Source of the DNA: Tessaracoccus sp.
Lineage (GTDB): Bacteria; Actinomycetota; Actinomycetes; Propionibacteriales; Propionibacteriaceae
DNA: 64,000 nucleotides
Assembly: GCA_041393555.1 (NCBI GenBank)
Contig: JAWKJW010000021.1
Coordinates: forward strand, 4,918-68,917
Reading direction: 5' to 3'
The notes under the pieces are model-generated. The model made no database searches and was not told the DNA's origin. It saw only the letters and a list, made by a program, of their open reading frames with translations. The position numbers were made by a program, and so were the translations under genes. Below are positions 29,990 through 38,552 of this stretch, piece by piece; within the stretch, counting starts at the first letter, position 1, and every line of letters starts with the position of its first letter.

Positions 29990-30080
29990 CGTGGATCGGT
30001 GGAATATCGCCTACTACGCGACCCATCCAACGTCCGGCTGACACATCCAGTTCGTAGAGATTGAAGCTAGGCTTCAGATC

Positions 30081-30620
30081 GTGACGAGTCACGAGTTCGG
30101 GATCTTCCTCAACGGTTCGTACGGCGTGGGCAAGTCTTCGACGCTCGATCACCTCGCGGACCTCTTCGCCGAGGCTCAGCTCCCATTCAGCCTCTTCGAT
30201 GTGGACTGGTTTCACCGCTCATGGCCTCCGGCCCCTACCGACCCTGAGAACGTCCTCACGGAGGCCGACAACATTCGTGCAGTGTGGAGGAACTACCGCC
30301 AGACGGGTCCACGGACGCCGATCATCGCAGGAGTGATCACGAAAGCCAAGGATTTGGAGCGCTACGAACGGTGCTTCGAACTTCCCCTTCCTGTCGTGCA
30401 TCTCACTGCGTCATTGGAGGTGGCAGAGCATCGACTGCGCGGCCGGTACACCCCTAGCCAGCATCGCGCCTTGACCTGGCACCTCGGCGACCACGAGCGA
30501 CTAGCACAGGAACTCCACCAGCTATCGTCGTATGACCTCGTCGTCGACACAGACCACAGCACGCCCGCAGAAGTCGCCACGCTCGTCTTCGAGGAGTTCG
30601 GCCCGTACCTCCACGGGTGA
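30081..30620 (+). CDS. Small P-loop kinase (nucleoside/adenylylsulfate kinase-like)
   Basis: IFLNGSYGVGKSS Walker A; C-terminal VDTDHSTPAEVA. Confidence 0.75.
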   Translation: MTSHEFGIFLNGSYGVGKSSTLDHLADLFAEAQLPFSLFDVDWFHRSWPPAPTDPENVLTEADNIRAVWRNYRQTGPRTPIIAGVITKAKDLERYERCFELPLPVVHLTASLEVAEHRLRGRYTPSQHRALTWHLGDHERLAQELHQLSSYDLVVDTDHSTPAEVATLVFEEFGPYLHG

Positions 30621-30846
30621 TCCACAACTCGGAAACCACATCTGCAGCTCCGCACAGTTCATCGAGACGCGTTCACTTCAGCGATGAGGTGGACTTGCTC
30701 GCCAAGATGTAGGTGGCGTAGATCGCCCGTGTGGTGCGCCGCAGCCACATTCGTTAGCGCTTCCTCAAGGAAGGCGGACGTCGAGACAGAACCTACCCAC
30801 GCAGACATGAAATCTCCTCAACGGCTGGAAGTTGCCTCCATGGTGG

Positions 30847-30875
30847 CTAAAATCTTCCCGTTGGGAAGATTTTAG
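30847..30875. promoter_or_regulatory. 13-bp inverted repeat abutting the RBS (putative operator)
   Basis: CTAAAATCTTCCC-GTT-GGGAAGATTTTAG, then GAGGA and the ATG. Confidence 0.6.
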
Positions 30876-30883
30876 GAGGATCG

Positions 30884-31924
30884 ATGGTGGCTGAGGGGGA
30901 GATTCGTATCGGAGAACTTGCCCGGAGGGTTGACCTTCCCGTCAAGACGCTTCGTCGTCTGGCGGACCAAGGGGAGATTCCCATGCATCGTTCGGACGGG
31001 GGGCATCGGGTCTTCCGGTTTGACGAGGTGGCTCGAGCCCTCGGAAGGTCTGTGTTGGACCTGGATGCTGCGCTGGCCGGTGGTGGGATCGTCGTCCCCG
31101 AATCCGACCCGCCGCACTGGCGGTCGGAGCACGTGCTGGACGGGCTCGACGAGGCCCTGGTCTGGGGCGAAGCAGCGACTGCTCTGGGGTTAGGCCGCAC
31201 GAGCGAGGCCTTTCGCATCATGGCGTACGCGTTCACGGAGATGCTCAACAACGCGATTGATCACAGTGGTGGTCGGCGAGTCGGCGTAGAGCTCTGGAAC
31301 GCGCCCGCGCAGATCGCCTTCAGGATCGCTGATGATGGTCGTGGGGTGTTCTCGCATGTTCGCGAGGGGCTGGGCTTGGAGAGTGACCTTGCGGCGGCGG
31401 CGGAGCTGACCAAAGGCAAGCGCACCACATTCAAGGAGCGGCACACCGGTGAGGGGATCTTCTTCACCTCCAAGGTGGTCAATCTGTTCCGGCTGTCGGC
31501 GAATGGCATCCGGCTCACCGTGGACAACGATCGTGGCGACTCAGCGCTTGGCGTCTCCCCGGTACGCAAGGGCACTATGGTCGAAGCGCGCCTCTCTTTG
31601 CCGCCGCGTCGGACACTGCGCTCAGTGTTCGAGGAGTTCACGGATGAGGATCTGCGGTTCTCACGGAGCCGCCCGACTGTCAAGCTGTTCGGCACTGGCC
31701 TTCTGTTCGTGTCCCGCTCGGAAGCGCGTCGCGTGATGGCCGACATGACGGACTTCGACGACATCGATATCGACTTCGCCGGCGTCGACGACGTGGGACA
31801 GGGCTTCGTGGACGAGATCCTGAGGGTGTGGCCGTCGGAGCATCCCGGCATTCGAGTGCATCCGATCAACATGAACGACGCGGTTGCCTTCATGGTGCGT
31901 CGTGCGTTGCGAACGATCGGATGA
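30884..31924 (+). CDS. MerR-type HTH + HATPase + STAS-like (DUF4325) protein
   Basis: IRIGELARRVDLPVKTLRR..GGHRVF; FTEMLNNAIDHS, IADDGRG, HTGEGIFF; SRSEARR..IDFAGVDDVGQGFVDEI. Confidence 0.8.
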   Translation: MVAEGEIRIGELARRVDLPVKTLRRLADQGEIPMHRSDGGHRVFRFDEVARALGRSVLDLDAALAGGGIVVPESDPPHWRSEHVLDGLDEALVWGEAATALGLGRTSEAFRIMAYAFTEMLNNAIDHSGGRRVGVELWNAPAQIAFRIADDGRGVFSHVREGLGLESDLAAAAELTKGKRTTFKERHTGEGIFFTSKVVNLFRLSANGIRLTVDNDRGDSALGVSPVRKGTMVEARLSLPPRRTLRSVFEEFTDEDLRFSRSRPTVKLFGTGLLFVSRSEARRVMADMTDFDDIDIDFAGVDDVGQGFVDEILRVWPSEHPGIRVHPINMNDAVAFMVRRALRTIG

Positions 31925-32021
31925 ATGACAGTTAGCTCCAGCACCCCGTCAGGTGGTGCCGAACATCACCTTGCTCCCGTCCGGGTCGAGCACCGTGACG
32001 ACGACGTCGTCTGGTTCGGGG

Positions 32022-32069
32022 TTAAGAGCTTGCTATTCCACCGACTTCGGTGGAATAGCAAGCTCTTAA
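32022..32069. repeat. 48-bp palindrome, copy R5
   Basis: TTAAGAGCTTGCTATTCCACCG-ACTT-CGGTGGAATAGCAAGCTCTTAA, with perfect arms. Confidence 0.9.
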
Positions 32070-32234
32070 CCCCCGGCCCGACGTCCTTCGATGCGGGCTT
32101 GGATGCCGTAGAGGATCGCGTCGAGACCGGCGGCGTCGGGGATCTCGATGCCTGCCGCGACGATCGCCGGCACCGAAAGGCCGGACCTGCCAGGCTGGGG
32201 TGCTCGGCCGGTCCCTCGCCGTTATCATTGCCGC

Positions 32235-32930
32235 ATGACAGCCGCCGAGGCCTTCGCCACGGCGAAGGCGTCTCTTCCCGCCGGAGCATGGCGGGCGCTC
32301 GAGAAGGCGTATCAGGCAATCGCGTCAGATGGTCTGCCGTGCGGCGCGGCGCTGGTCGACAATGCGGGGCTCGTCGTCGCGGACGGACGCTGCTCCGCAT
32401 TCGATCTCCGCGGGGGCGGCACGGAGATCCTTGGTGTCACACCTCTTGGGCACGCTGAGATGAACGTGTTGGCGGGAGTTCCCACCGAGCGCGACCTCCG
32501 CGATGACACGTTGTGGAGCACCCAGCAGCCATGCGCCATGTGCGCCGCTGCCCTCGCCTTCGTCGGGGTTGGGTCGGTTCGCTATCTGGCTGCGGACCCG
32601 GCCTTCCAGGATACGTCCGATCCGAACGCCGGCTAGGTCGTCGATCCGACGGAGTCGGAGCCGAGCCTGGAGCCGTGGGCCGTCCTCGGCAACGCCCTGT
32701 TCCTACAGGGATCGTTGAGTCGCTACGGCACCGATGGTGGTGCGGTCGTGCGAAACCTCACGACCGAGCCGGAGACGGCGGAGCTGGCCATCGCTCTGTG
32801 GTCGGAGAAGACCTTCGCGGGTCCCAAGCTGCGACCTCTGGCCGAGGTCGTTTGGCCACGGGTGATCGCCGCTGCCCAGCGTCGCCATCAGCGGCTTGCG
32901 CGAGACCGAGGCGGCGTTGACGGGGCTTGA
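32235..32930 (+). pseudogene. Nucleoside/cytidine deaminase family protein with in-frame TAG at 32634
   Basis: HAE..PCAMC zinc motif; the frame continues after the stop to 32930. Confidence 0.7.
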
Positions 32931-32958
32931 GCCCGTCAGCCCTCGAACGGACCGAGAT

Positions 32959-34128
32959 TCAGCGGACGCTGAGGTGCACGTGGTCGTAGTGGTTCGCGGA
33001 CTTCGAACCGCGGTCCGACATGCCCCGCCAGCCCTCGCCGGAGCGCTGGGTGGTCCAGATCTTCTGCTGGTAGATCACCTCGACGATGCCCAGGTCCTTT
33101 GCGTTGGAACGTGCCCACTCGGCAATATCCCAGCCGGCGTCACCGGAGATCATCACATCGATCGCTTGACCGGAGCCGTGGTACCCGTCGTCGCCGGGAC
33201 GGTAGCCGCCGTAGCTTGAGACGTAGGGAAACTCAGCGCACACAGCGCGCAGCACGCCGCGGGTGCGCTTGGTGAGATTGGATTCCAGGTCACCGGCTTT
33301 GGAGCATTTGGCGTCGGTGCTGGCAGAGCCGCCACTCGACGAGGCCGCGGAGCTTCCGCTTGCCGACGAGGCTGCGGCCTTGGCCTTGGGCTTAGCAGGT
33401 TTGGGGGCCTCGGAAGTCAGGTATGTGGCCTTGATCCAGGCGGCCTTGCCCTTTCGGTTGACCTGCTGCCATCCATCCATCGTCACGTCGGTGGCGGTGA
33501 CCTTGGAGCCGGTGTCCAAGGCGGTGAGGGAGTCGTAGTTCTTTCCGGGGCCGGAGCGGACGTTCACCGAAGCAGTGGTGTAGAGCGCACCGGTGTCGCT
33601 GCCCAGGGCGGGGAGCTCTGGGGTGGGAGAAGGCTTGGGCTTCTTGGTCGGTGCGGGTTTCGTAACGGCGGCTGCGGCCTTGACCGTGGCGCTACTAGGT
33701 GCCGCGGACTTGGTGGAAGCAGGGGCCGCCGAGGGCTTCGGGGTGGGGGAAGGGGTGGCAGTTGCCGATGGCGATGGGGTCGCTGACGCAGAGGGCGACG
33801 GGGTCACCGAAACTGGAGCCGATGGCGACGGGGTTGCTGAGGCTGAGGGCGTGACGCTCGGAGCAGTCGGCATGACGAACGGGATCCCCGTACGCTGTGA
33901 TGACCGGCTGAGTTGATGCGTGGAGGCATCGGCGGAGTGGGTGGCCTCTTGCAGAGGTTCGGCTCGATCCGCGGTGTTCGACATCACAAGGGTGGTGCCC
34001 AGGATCCCGGCAGCCGCCATCATCGCCAGCGGGGCGACGACGGCGCGCATGCGCGAGCCTCGCGCATGCCGGTCTCGTTTGAGGCGCGCGATCTCCTCGA
34101 CGGATTCGGCCGCTCGGCGTGGTTCCAT
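32959..34128 (-). CDS. Membrane/secreted SH3b-domain protein with C-terminal putative Zn peptidase domain
   Basis: TM segment, S/T/P/A-rich linker, SH3b VNVRSGPG...WIKATYL, then HGSGQAID and NHYDHVH. Confidence 0.75.
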   Translation of the reverse strand: MEPRRAAESVEEIARLKRDRHARGSRMRAVVAPLAMMAAAGILGTTLVMSNTADRAEPLQEATHSADASTHQLSRSSQRTGIPFVMPTAPSVTPSASATPSPSAPVSVTPSPSASATPSPSATATPSPTPKPSAAPASTKSAAPSSATVKAAAAVTKPAPTKKPKPSPTPELPALGSDTGALYTTASVNVRSGPGKNYDSLTALDTGSKVTATDVTMDGWQQVNRKGKAAWIKATYLTSEAPKPAKPKAKAAASSASGSSAASSSGGSASTDAKCSKAGDLESNLTKRTRGVLRAVCAEFPYVSSYGGYRPGDDGYHGSGQAIDVMISGDAGWDIAEWARSNAKDLGIVEVIYQQKIWTTQRSGEGWRGMSDRGSKSANHYDHVHLSVR

Positions 34129-34315
34129 GAGTTCACCTAACAGAAGCTGAAAGTTCTTCAGGCTATTCTCAGGATTTGGGGAGGCGAAGTCAACCCCTTT
34201 CCGCGCAAACTGTGCAGTTTGGGGCGACGGACGCGCGGCTTCCCTGGTCAAACCACCTAGTCGGCCCGGATTGGCGGCACCTCTGGTTGTCGCCACGAAT
34301 GAGAATTCTCAGGAT

Positions 34316-34391
34316 TGGCGACCCCGGGAGGATTCGAACCTCCGACACGAGGTTTAGGAAACCTCTGCTCTATCCCCTGAGCTACGGGGCC
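34316..34391 (-). tRNA. tRNA-Arg(CCT)
   Basis: GGCCCCGTAGCTCAGGGGATAGAGCA GAGGT TTCCTAA ACCTC..GGAGGTTCGAATCCTCC CGGGGTCGCCA; cloverleaf with encoded CCA. Confidence 0.95.
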
Positions 34392-34527
34392 AACAGGTCA
34401 AGGCTAGCCCAATCCTGACAGGTGTGCCGAGCGCGTCAGCCGGGACGCTAAGTGCTGGCGGCCGTCGTCTGCACCTCTCATGCCGCCTAGACTGCTGTTC
34501 GACGCTCCCGATGAAAGTGAGATTGGT

Positions 34528-35916
34528 GTGTCCGAGGCAGGTTTGCAGGCAGCAAGGCAGAAGATGCTCGATGCGGGGGTCTCGATTCCCGCCGTTGAGG
34601 TCTTCTCTGATTTCTACCGCCAGCTCGAATCCGGGGAAACCGGTGTGATCAGGGAAGACAGCATCGATCCGCTACTGGCTCCTCCCATGCTGGCCGACGT
34701 CGAGGTCAGTGATGAGGCGGCCAAGGAAGCCATCGGTAAGACGGTGATCATCAAGCTCAACGGCGGCCTCGGCACGTCGATGGGCTTGGACAAGGCCAAG
34801 TCGCTGTTGGAGGTGCGCGACGGGTTGACCTTCCTCGATCTCCTCGCGCGCCAGGTGCTCGCGGCTCGGGAGAAGTACGACGCGCGCCTGCCGTTGGTGC
34901 TGATGAACTCCTTCCGCACAGACGCCGACACGTTGAAGTTCCTCGCCAAGTACCCCGAACTGGCGGTAGACGGTGTGCCTCTCAGTTTTGTGCAGAACCA
35001 GGAGCCGAAGCTGCGGGCCGACGACCTCATCCCCGTTGAATGGGAGAAGGATCCCACTCTCGAATGGTGCCCACCAGGACATGGAGACTTGTATCCGGCC
35101 CTGGAAGGCTCGGGAACGCTCGATGCCCTGCTGGCCCAAGGCTTCCGGTACGCCTGCGTCTCCAACGGAGACAATCTCGGCGCATCTCCCAACGCGACGA
35201 TTGCGGGTTGGTTCGCGCAATCAGGGGCGCCTTATGCCGCCGAGCTGTGCCGGCGCACGGTCAACGATCGCAAGGGCGGTCATCTGGCCATCCGCAAGGC
35301 CGACGGGCAGCTGATTCTGCGTGACACCGCGCAGACCGCATCTGAGGAGATGGACTACTTCACCGATGAGCATCGCCACCCGTTCTTCCACACCAATAAT
35401 CTCTGGTTCGATCTGCAGAAGTTGCGGGAGACCCTCGCGGAGCGGGACTCCGTGCTCGGACTGCCTCTGATCCGCAACGAGAAGACCGTGGATCCGGCCG
35501 ATTCCTCGTCGACCCCTGTCATCCAAATCGAATCGGCTATGGGAGCGGCCATCGAGGTGTTCGACGGTGCCACCGCGATCTGCGTGGGGCGTGACCGCTT
35601 CCTCCCGGTGAAGACCACGAACGAACTGCTGTTGCTGCGCTCGGATGCCTATGATCTCGACGATTCCGGCCAGCTCGTGCTCCGTGCCTCGTCTTCGCCG
35701 GAAATCAGCCTCAGCAAGCCTTACAAGACGGTTCAGGAGTTCGAGCGCCGGATACCGTCGGCCCCTTCCTTGCGCGACGCCAAGGCTTTGCGGGTGAAAG
35801 GCGACTGGACCTTCGGTACGGGGGTGAAGGTAGTTGGTGAGGTCGAGCTCGCCGACGATGGCCAGTCGTCATTCATCGCCGACGGCGCCGTGCTGACGGG
35901 CGACGCCGTCGGATGA
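34528..35916 (+). CDS. UTP--glucose-1-phosphate uridylyltransferase, UDPGP (eukaryote-like) family
   Basis: KLNGGLGTSMG, LMNSF, WCPPGHGD, SNGDNLG, RFLPVKTT. Confidence 0.92.
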   Translation: MSEAGLQAARQKMLDAGVSIPAVEVFSDFYRQLESGETGVIREDSIDPLLAPPMLADVEVSDEAAKEAIGKTVIIKLNGGLGTSMGLDKAKSLLEVRDGLTFLDLLARQVLAAREKYDARLPLVLMNSFRTDADTLKFLAKYPELAVDGVPLSFVQNQEPKLRADDLIPVEWEKDPTLEWCPPGHGDLYPALEGSGTLDALLAQGFRYACVSNGDNLGASPNATIAGWFAQSGAPYAAELCRRTVNDRKGGHLAIRKADGQLILRDTAQTASEEMDYFTDEHRHPFFHTNNLWFDLQKLRETLAERDSVLGLPLIRNEKTVDPADSSSTPVIQIESAMGAAIEVFDGATAICVGRDRFLPVKTTNELLLLRSDAYDLDDSGQLVLRASSSPEISLSKPYKTVQEFERRIPSAPSLRDAKALRVKGDWTFGTGVKVVGEVELADDGQSSFIADGAVLTGDAVG

Positions 35917-36266
35917 CGGATTCTGCCGAGCTGGCGCGTCAACTGGCGCATGCTCTGACGGGGGAGTGGTTGCCGGTCTCGCAACCCGATCCGGAGGACC
36001 TCATCGAGTAACTCAGCGACTGTGGTTGGGATGCGATGTCGTTGCGTGCGCTCCGGCGCGAACGGCAGGAAAACGAGCAACCGTGGCCGTTCCCCATGGA
36101 GTTGGAAGCTGTGCGCCGGCTGGGATTCGCACGATTCCACGCCCGCCTGAGTGAGCTCAGGGCCGCGTTGGGACTGGATGGATTACGTCCCGAAGCCGCC
36201 GCAGACCGGCCTTGGACGTCTGACGAACGCCGCCTCGCCTCCGAACGCCCCCCACATTGGGGATAG
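35913..36266 (+). pseudogene. Hypothetical protein with in-frame TAA at 36009
   Basis: The ATG overlaps the upstream stop; the same frame continues to the ..ERPPHWG C-terminus. Confidence 0.5.
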
Positions 36267-36310
36267 GGGATTCGGAGGCGAGACGGCGTCGCTCGTAATG
36301 GGTCTGAGGA

Positions 36311-36682
36311 TCAGGCCTGCTTTTGTTCCTTCAGCAGGTCACGAATCTCGGAGAGCAGTTCCTCCTGAGTGGGAGGAGCGGGCGTATCGCCGCCATCCGA
36401 CTTATCGAAATGCGCGCGTGCCTTGTTGTAGGGCATGACGATGCCGAAGTAGACCACGGCGGCCATGATGAGGAACGACACCAGAGCGGTGAGGAAGGTG
36501 CCGACGCCGACGCCGCCGACATTCCACGAGCTGAAGTCGGGCATGTCGCCGAGGAGGCCGATCACATCCATCAGCATCGCCGTGAACGATTCGACGACGG
36601 TGGTGAACGCGGCGGCCATGATGAATGCCACGGCCAGTTCGATGAGATTGCCGCGCAAGAGGAATTCCTTGAAGCCCTTCAT
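36311..36682 (-). CDS. mscL: Large-conductance mechanosensitive channel
   Basis: MKGFKEFLLRGNLIELAVA...LLSEIRDLL. Confidence 0.95.
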   Translation of the reverse strand: MKGFKEFLLRGNLIELAVAFIMAAAFTTVVESFTAMLMDVIGLLGDMPDFSSWNVGGVGVGTFLTALVSFLIMAAVVYFGIVMPYNKARAHFDKSDGGDTPAPPTQEELLSEIRDLLKEQKQA

Positions 36683-36795
36683 CCCGGGCCCCCCTTTCTT
36701 AGTGAGATGCCGCTCACTATATGCCTCCACTAGGGCATATGCCCTAGAACCGACGCGCTTTTGGACCTCGTGTTCGGCGCGGGGCGAGAGTGTGG

Positions 36796-37452
36796 TCAGG
36801 GTGCTGGGATGACGATGCCGAGTTGTCCGCTTTGGCCCAGCATGGCCACCGTTGCCGCTTCTGTCTCCGGCACGTCCACGAGCATGAGGGCGCCGCGTCC
36901 GCCGCCGAGGCTCGTGGCGCCGCGTTCGTCCTCCGTGGGAACGCTTGATACCCGGGCATCCGCACTGATCGGCTCGGCGAAATCGCCACCGCCCACCACC
37001 AGGTGGATCCGATCACCGGGACGCACCACGCTCAGCAGTCGTTCGTCGTTGACCGAAATGGGGACCAGTGCCCGGCCCGCGTCGATGGTGCGCGATGTGG
37101 CGAATAGCGCGGGGTGAACAACCGTGCCCTTCGGTAACGGCAACGCGGGCGCCTGGCCCGCGGCCTCATCGGCGGAGGAATAGGCGCCTTGCGGGATCAC
37201 GTCGGTGGGGAGCAGCGCGAGTTCGAGATCGTGCGCGGCGAGAGGACGCCCCGCTGGAACTTCGTGCGCCAGCACCGCCACGGGGGTGCCATCGCGGGTC
37301 GGCGACGCGAGTTGGTGAGCCAGGAGGTAGACGGCTAGTCCTGCGCACAACGCGGCGATGGCGCGGCGGTGCCAGGAAACGAAGGTAGCGACGGAAGTGA
37401 GGAGGCATGTCTCCGTGATAGCGCCGGGGAGCACGGATTTCCCACTTTCCAC
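36796..37452 (-). CDS. SAF domain protein (CpaB-like), start uncertain
   Basis: TM segment, VAVLAHEVPAG..L...DL, VRPGDRI; usual neighbour of FmdB and mscL. Confidence 0.75.
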   Translation of the reverse strand: MESGKSVLPGAITETCLLTSVATFVSWHRRAIAALCAGLAVYLLAHQLASPTRDGTPVAVLAHEVPAGRPLAAHDLELALLPTDVIPQGAYSSADEAAGQAPALPLPKGTVVHPALFATSRTIDAGRALVPISVNDERLLSVVRPGDRIHLVVGGGDFAEPISADARVSSVPTEDERGATSLGGGRGALMLVDVPETEAATVAMLGQSGQLGIVIPAP

Positions 37453-37474
37453 AGGCTGGCCTCGGGAGGCTTCG

Positions 37475-37765
37475 TCAGCTGGCGGCTGCGCCCGCCGGGG
37501 TGCTCGACGTGGTGGAGCTCTCCGTCTTCGCGGCCGGCTTCTCGCTCTTGGTCGAGGACGATGAGGCGCTGCTGGCAGAGGACTTGGACGAGCGGGAATC
37601 GGTGGCGTAGAAACCAGACCCCTTGAACACGACGCCCACCGCGCTGAACACCTTGCGCAACTGGCCCTGGCATTCAGGGCAGTCGGTCAACGCGGGGTCG
37701 GTGAACTTCTGCACGGCCTCCAGGTCGGAGCCGCATTCGGTGCATCGGTACTGGTAGGTAGGCAA
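37475..37765 (-). CDS. FmdB family zinc-ribbon protein
   Basis: TTG start with GGAG RBS; PTYQYRCTECG..CPECQG..FKGSGFY.TD. Confidence 0.9.
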   Translation of the reverse strand: MPTYQYRCTECGSDLEAVQKFTDPALTDCPECQGQLRKVFSAVGVVFKGSGFYATDSRSSKSSASSASSSSTKSEKPAAKTESSTTSSTPAGAAAS

Positions 37766-37857
37766 GTTCGCTCCTTGACACGGGAGGCGTGAGCCGCCAC
37801 TCAATGGGGTATCCGGTGGGGAAGTGTACCCGTGAGCGAGGCGTATGCGAAGTTCTG

Positions 37858-38433
37858 CTAGATGGCGCGCAGCCAAGAGAGACCCGACGGCGTCGCCACG
37901 GCATCAATGGGGAGGTCGTGGGGCTCCGTCGGAACGGTGGGGAATACCTCGGCGTCGCGTGCCAGGGCGATGACGGGGACTCCTGGGCGACGATGCGCCA
38001 AGGCCCGGTCATACCAGCCGCCACCGGTTCCCAATCGTGTTCCATCGAGTCCGACGGCGAGGCACGGCGTCAAGATGATGTCGGCCTCTCGCAATGCATC
38101 TGGACCCAGGCGGCGCCCTACAGGCTGGCGGATGCCTCGCCATGCGACCTCCATGTGTTGCCATCCGGTGAACCAGCCCCAAGCGATCTCGTGGCCCAGC
38201 ACCGGCAACAGCACGCGGCGATGCTGTGAGTGGAGGAAATCGATAATGGCGTGGGTGCTCGGCTCCCCGGTGATGGAACAGTAAGCCGCTACCGTCGCCG
38301 ACGGATCCAGCCCGGTCAATGCCGTGCGCAGCATCTGTGTGCGCCGCTCGTCTTCCGCCGCCCACGAGGACGTCGGCGTCTGGCTCCGGCTTTCGCTCAC
38401 CTGTGCCCGTAGCGTCTTCTTCGTCCCCAGCAT
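37858..38433 (-). CDS. 5-formyltetrahydrofolate cyclo-ligase
   Basis: K..LR, EPST, RLGTGGGWYDRAL, EPHDLPID. Confidence 0.92.
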   Translation of the reverse strand: MLGTKKTLRAQVSESRSQTPTSSWAAEDERRTQMLRTALTGLDPSATVAAYCSITGEPSTHAIIDFLHSQHRRVLLPVLGHEIAWGWFTGWQHMEVAWRGIRQPVGRRLGPDALREADIILTPCLAVGLDGTRLGTGGGWYDRALAHRRPGVPVIALARDAEVFPTVPTEPHDLPIDAVATPSGLSWLRAI

Positions 38434-38552
38434 TGCTTTAGCGTAGGACGCCTGGGGAGAGGATGGCTGCGAAAGCTATTCATGATCGTCAACCCTGCGA
38501 CTCGCCGCCGCCACCCGGGACAAATCACGGTGATGTTGTTTACGGTTGAGGC

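Noticed and set aside
24140-32069. 48-bp palindromes as a CRISPR array
   Set aside because: Spacing is 0.5-3 kb and irregular, orientation varies, and no cas genes are present.
33600-33860. Tandem DNA repeats
   Set aside because: They encode the low-complexity S/T/P/A linker of the SH3 protein.
34394-34412. IdeR/DtxR box
   Set aside because: Only a partial match; better explained as the -10 region of the tRNA-Arg promoter.
28579-36011. Stop-codon readthrough or recoding at in-frame stops (28579 TAG, 32634 TAG, 36009 TAA)
   Set aside because: The stop types are mixed with no shared context, and TAG ends normal genes here. Point mutation or base-call error is simpler.
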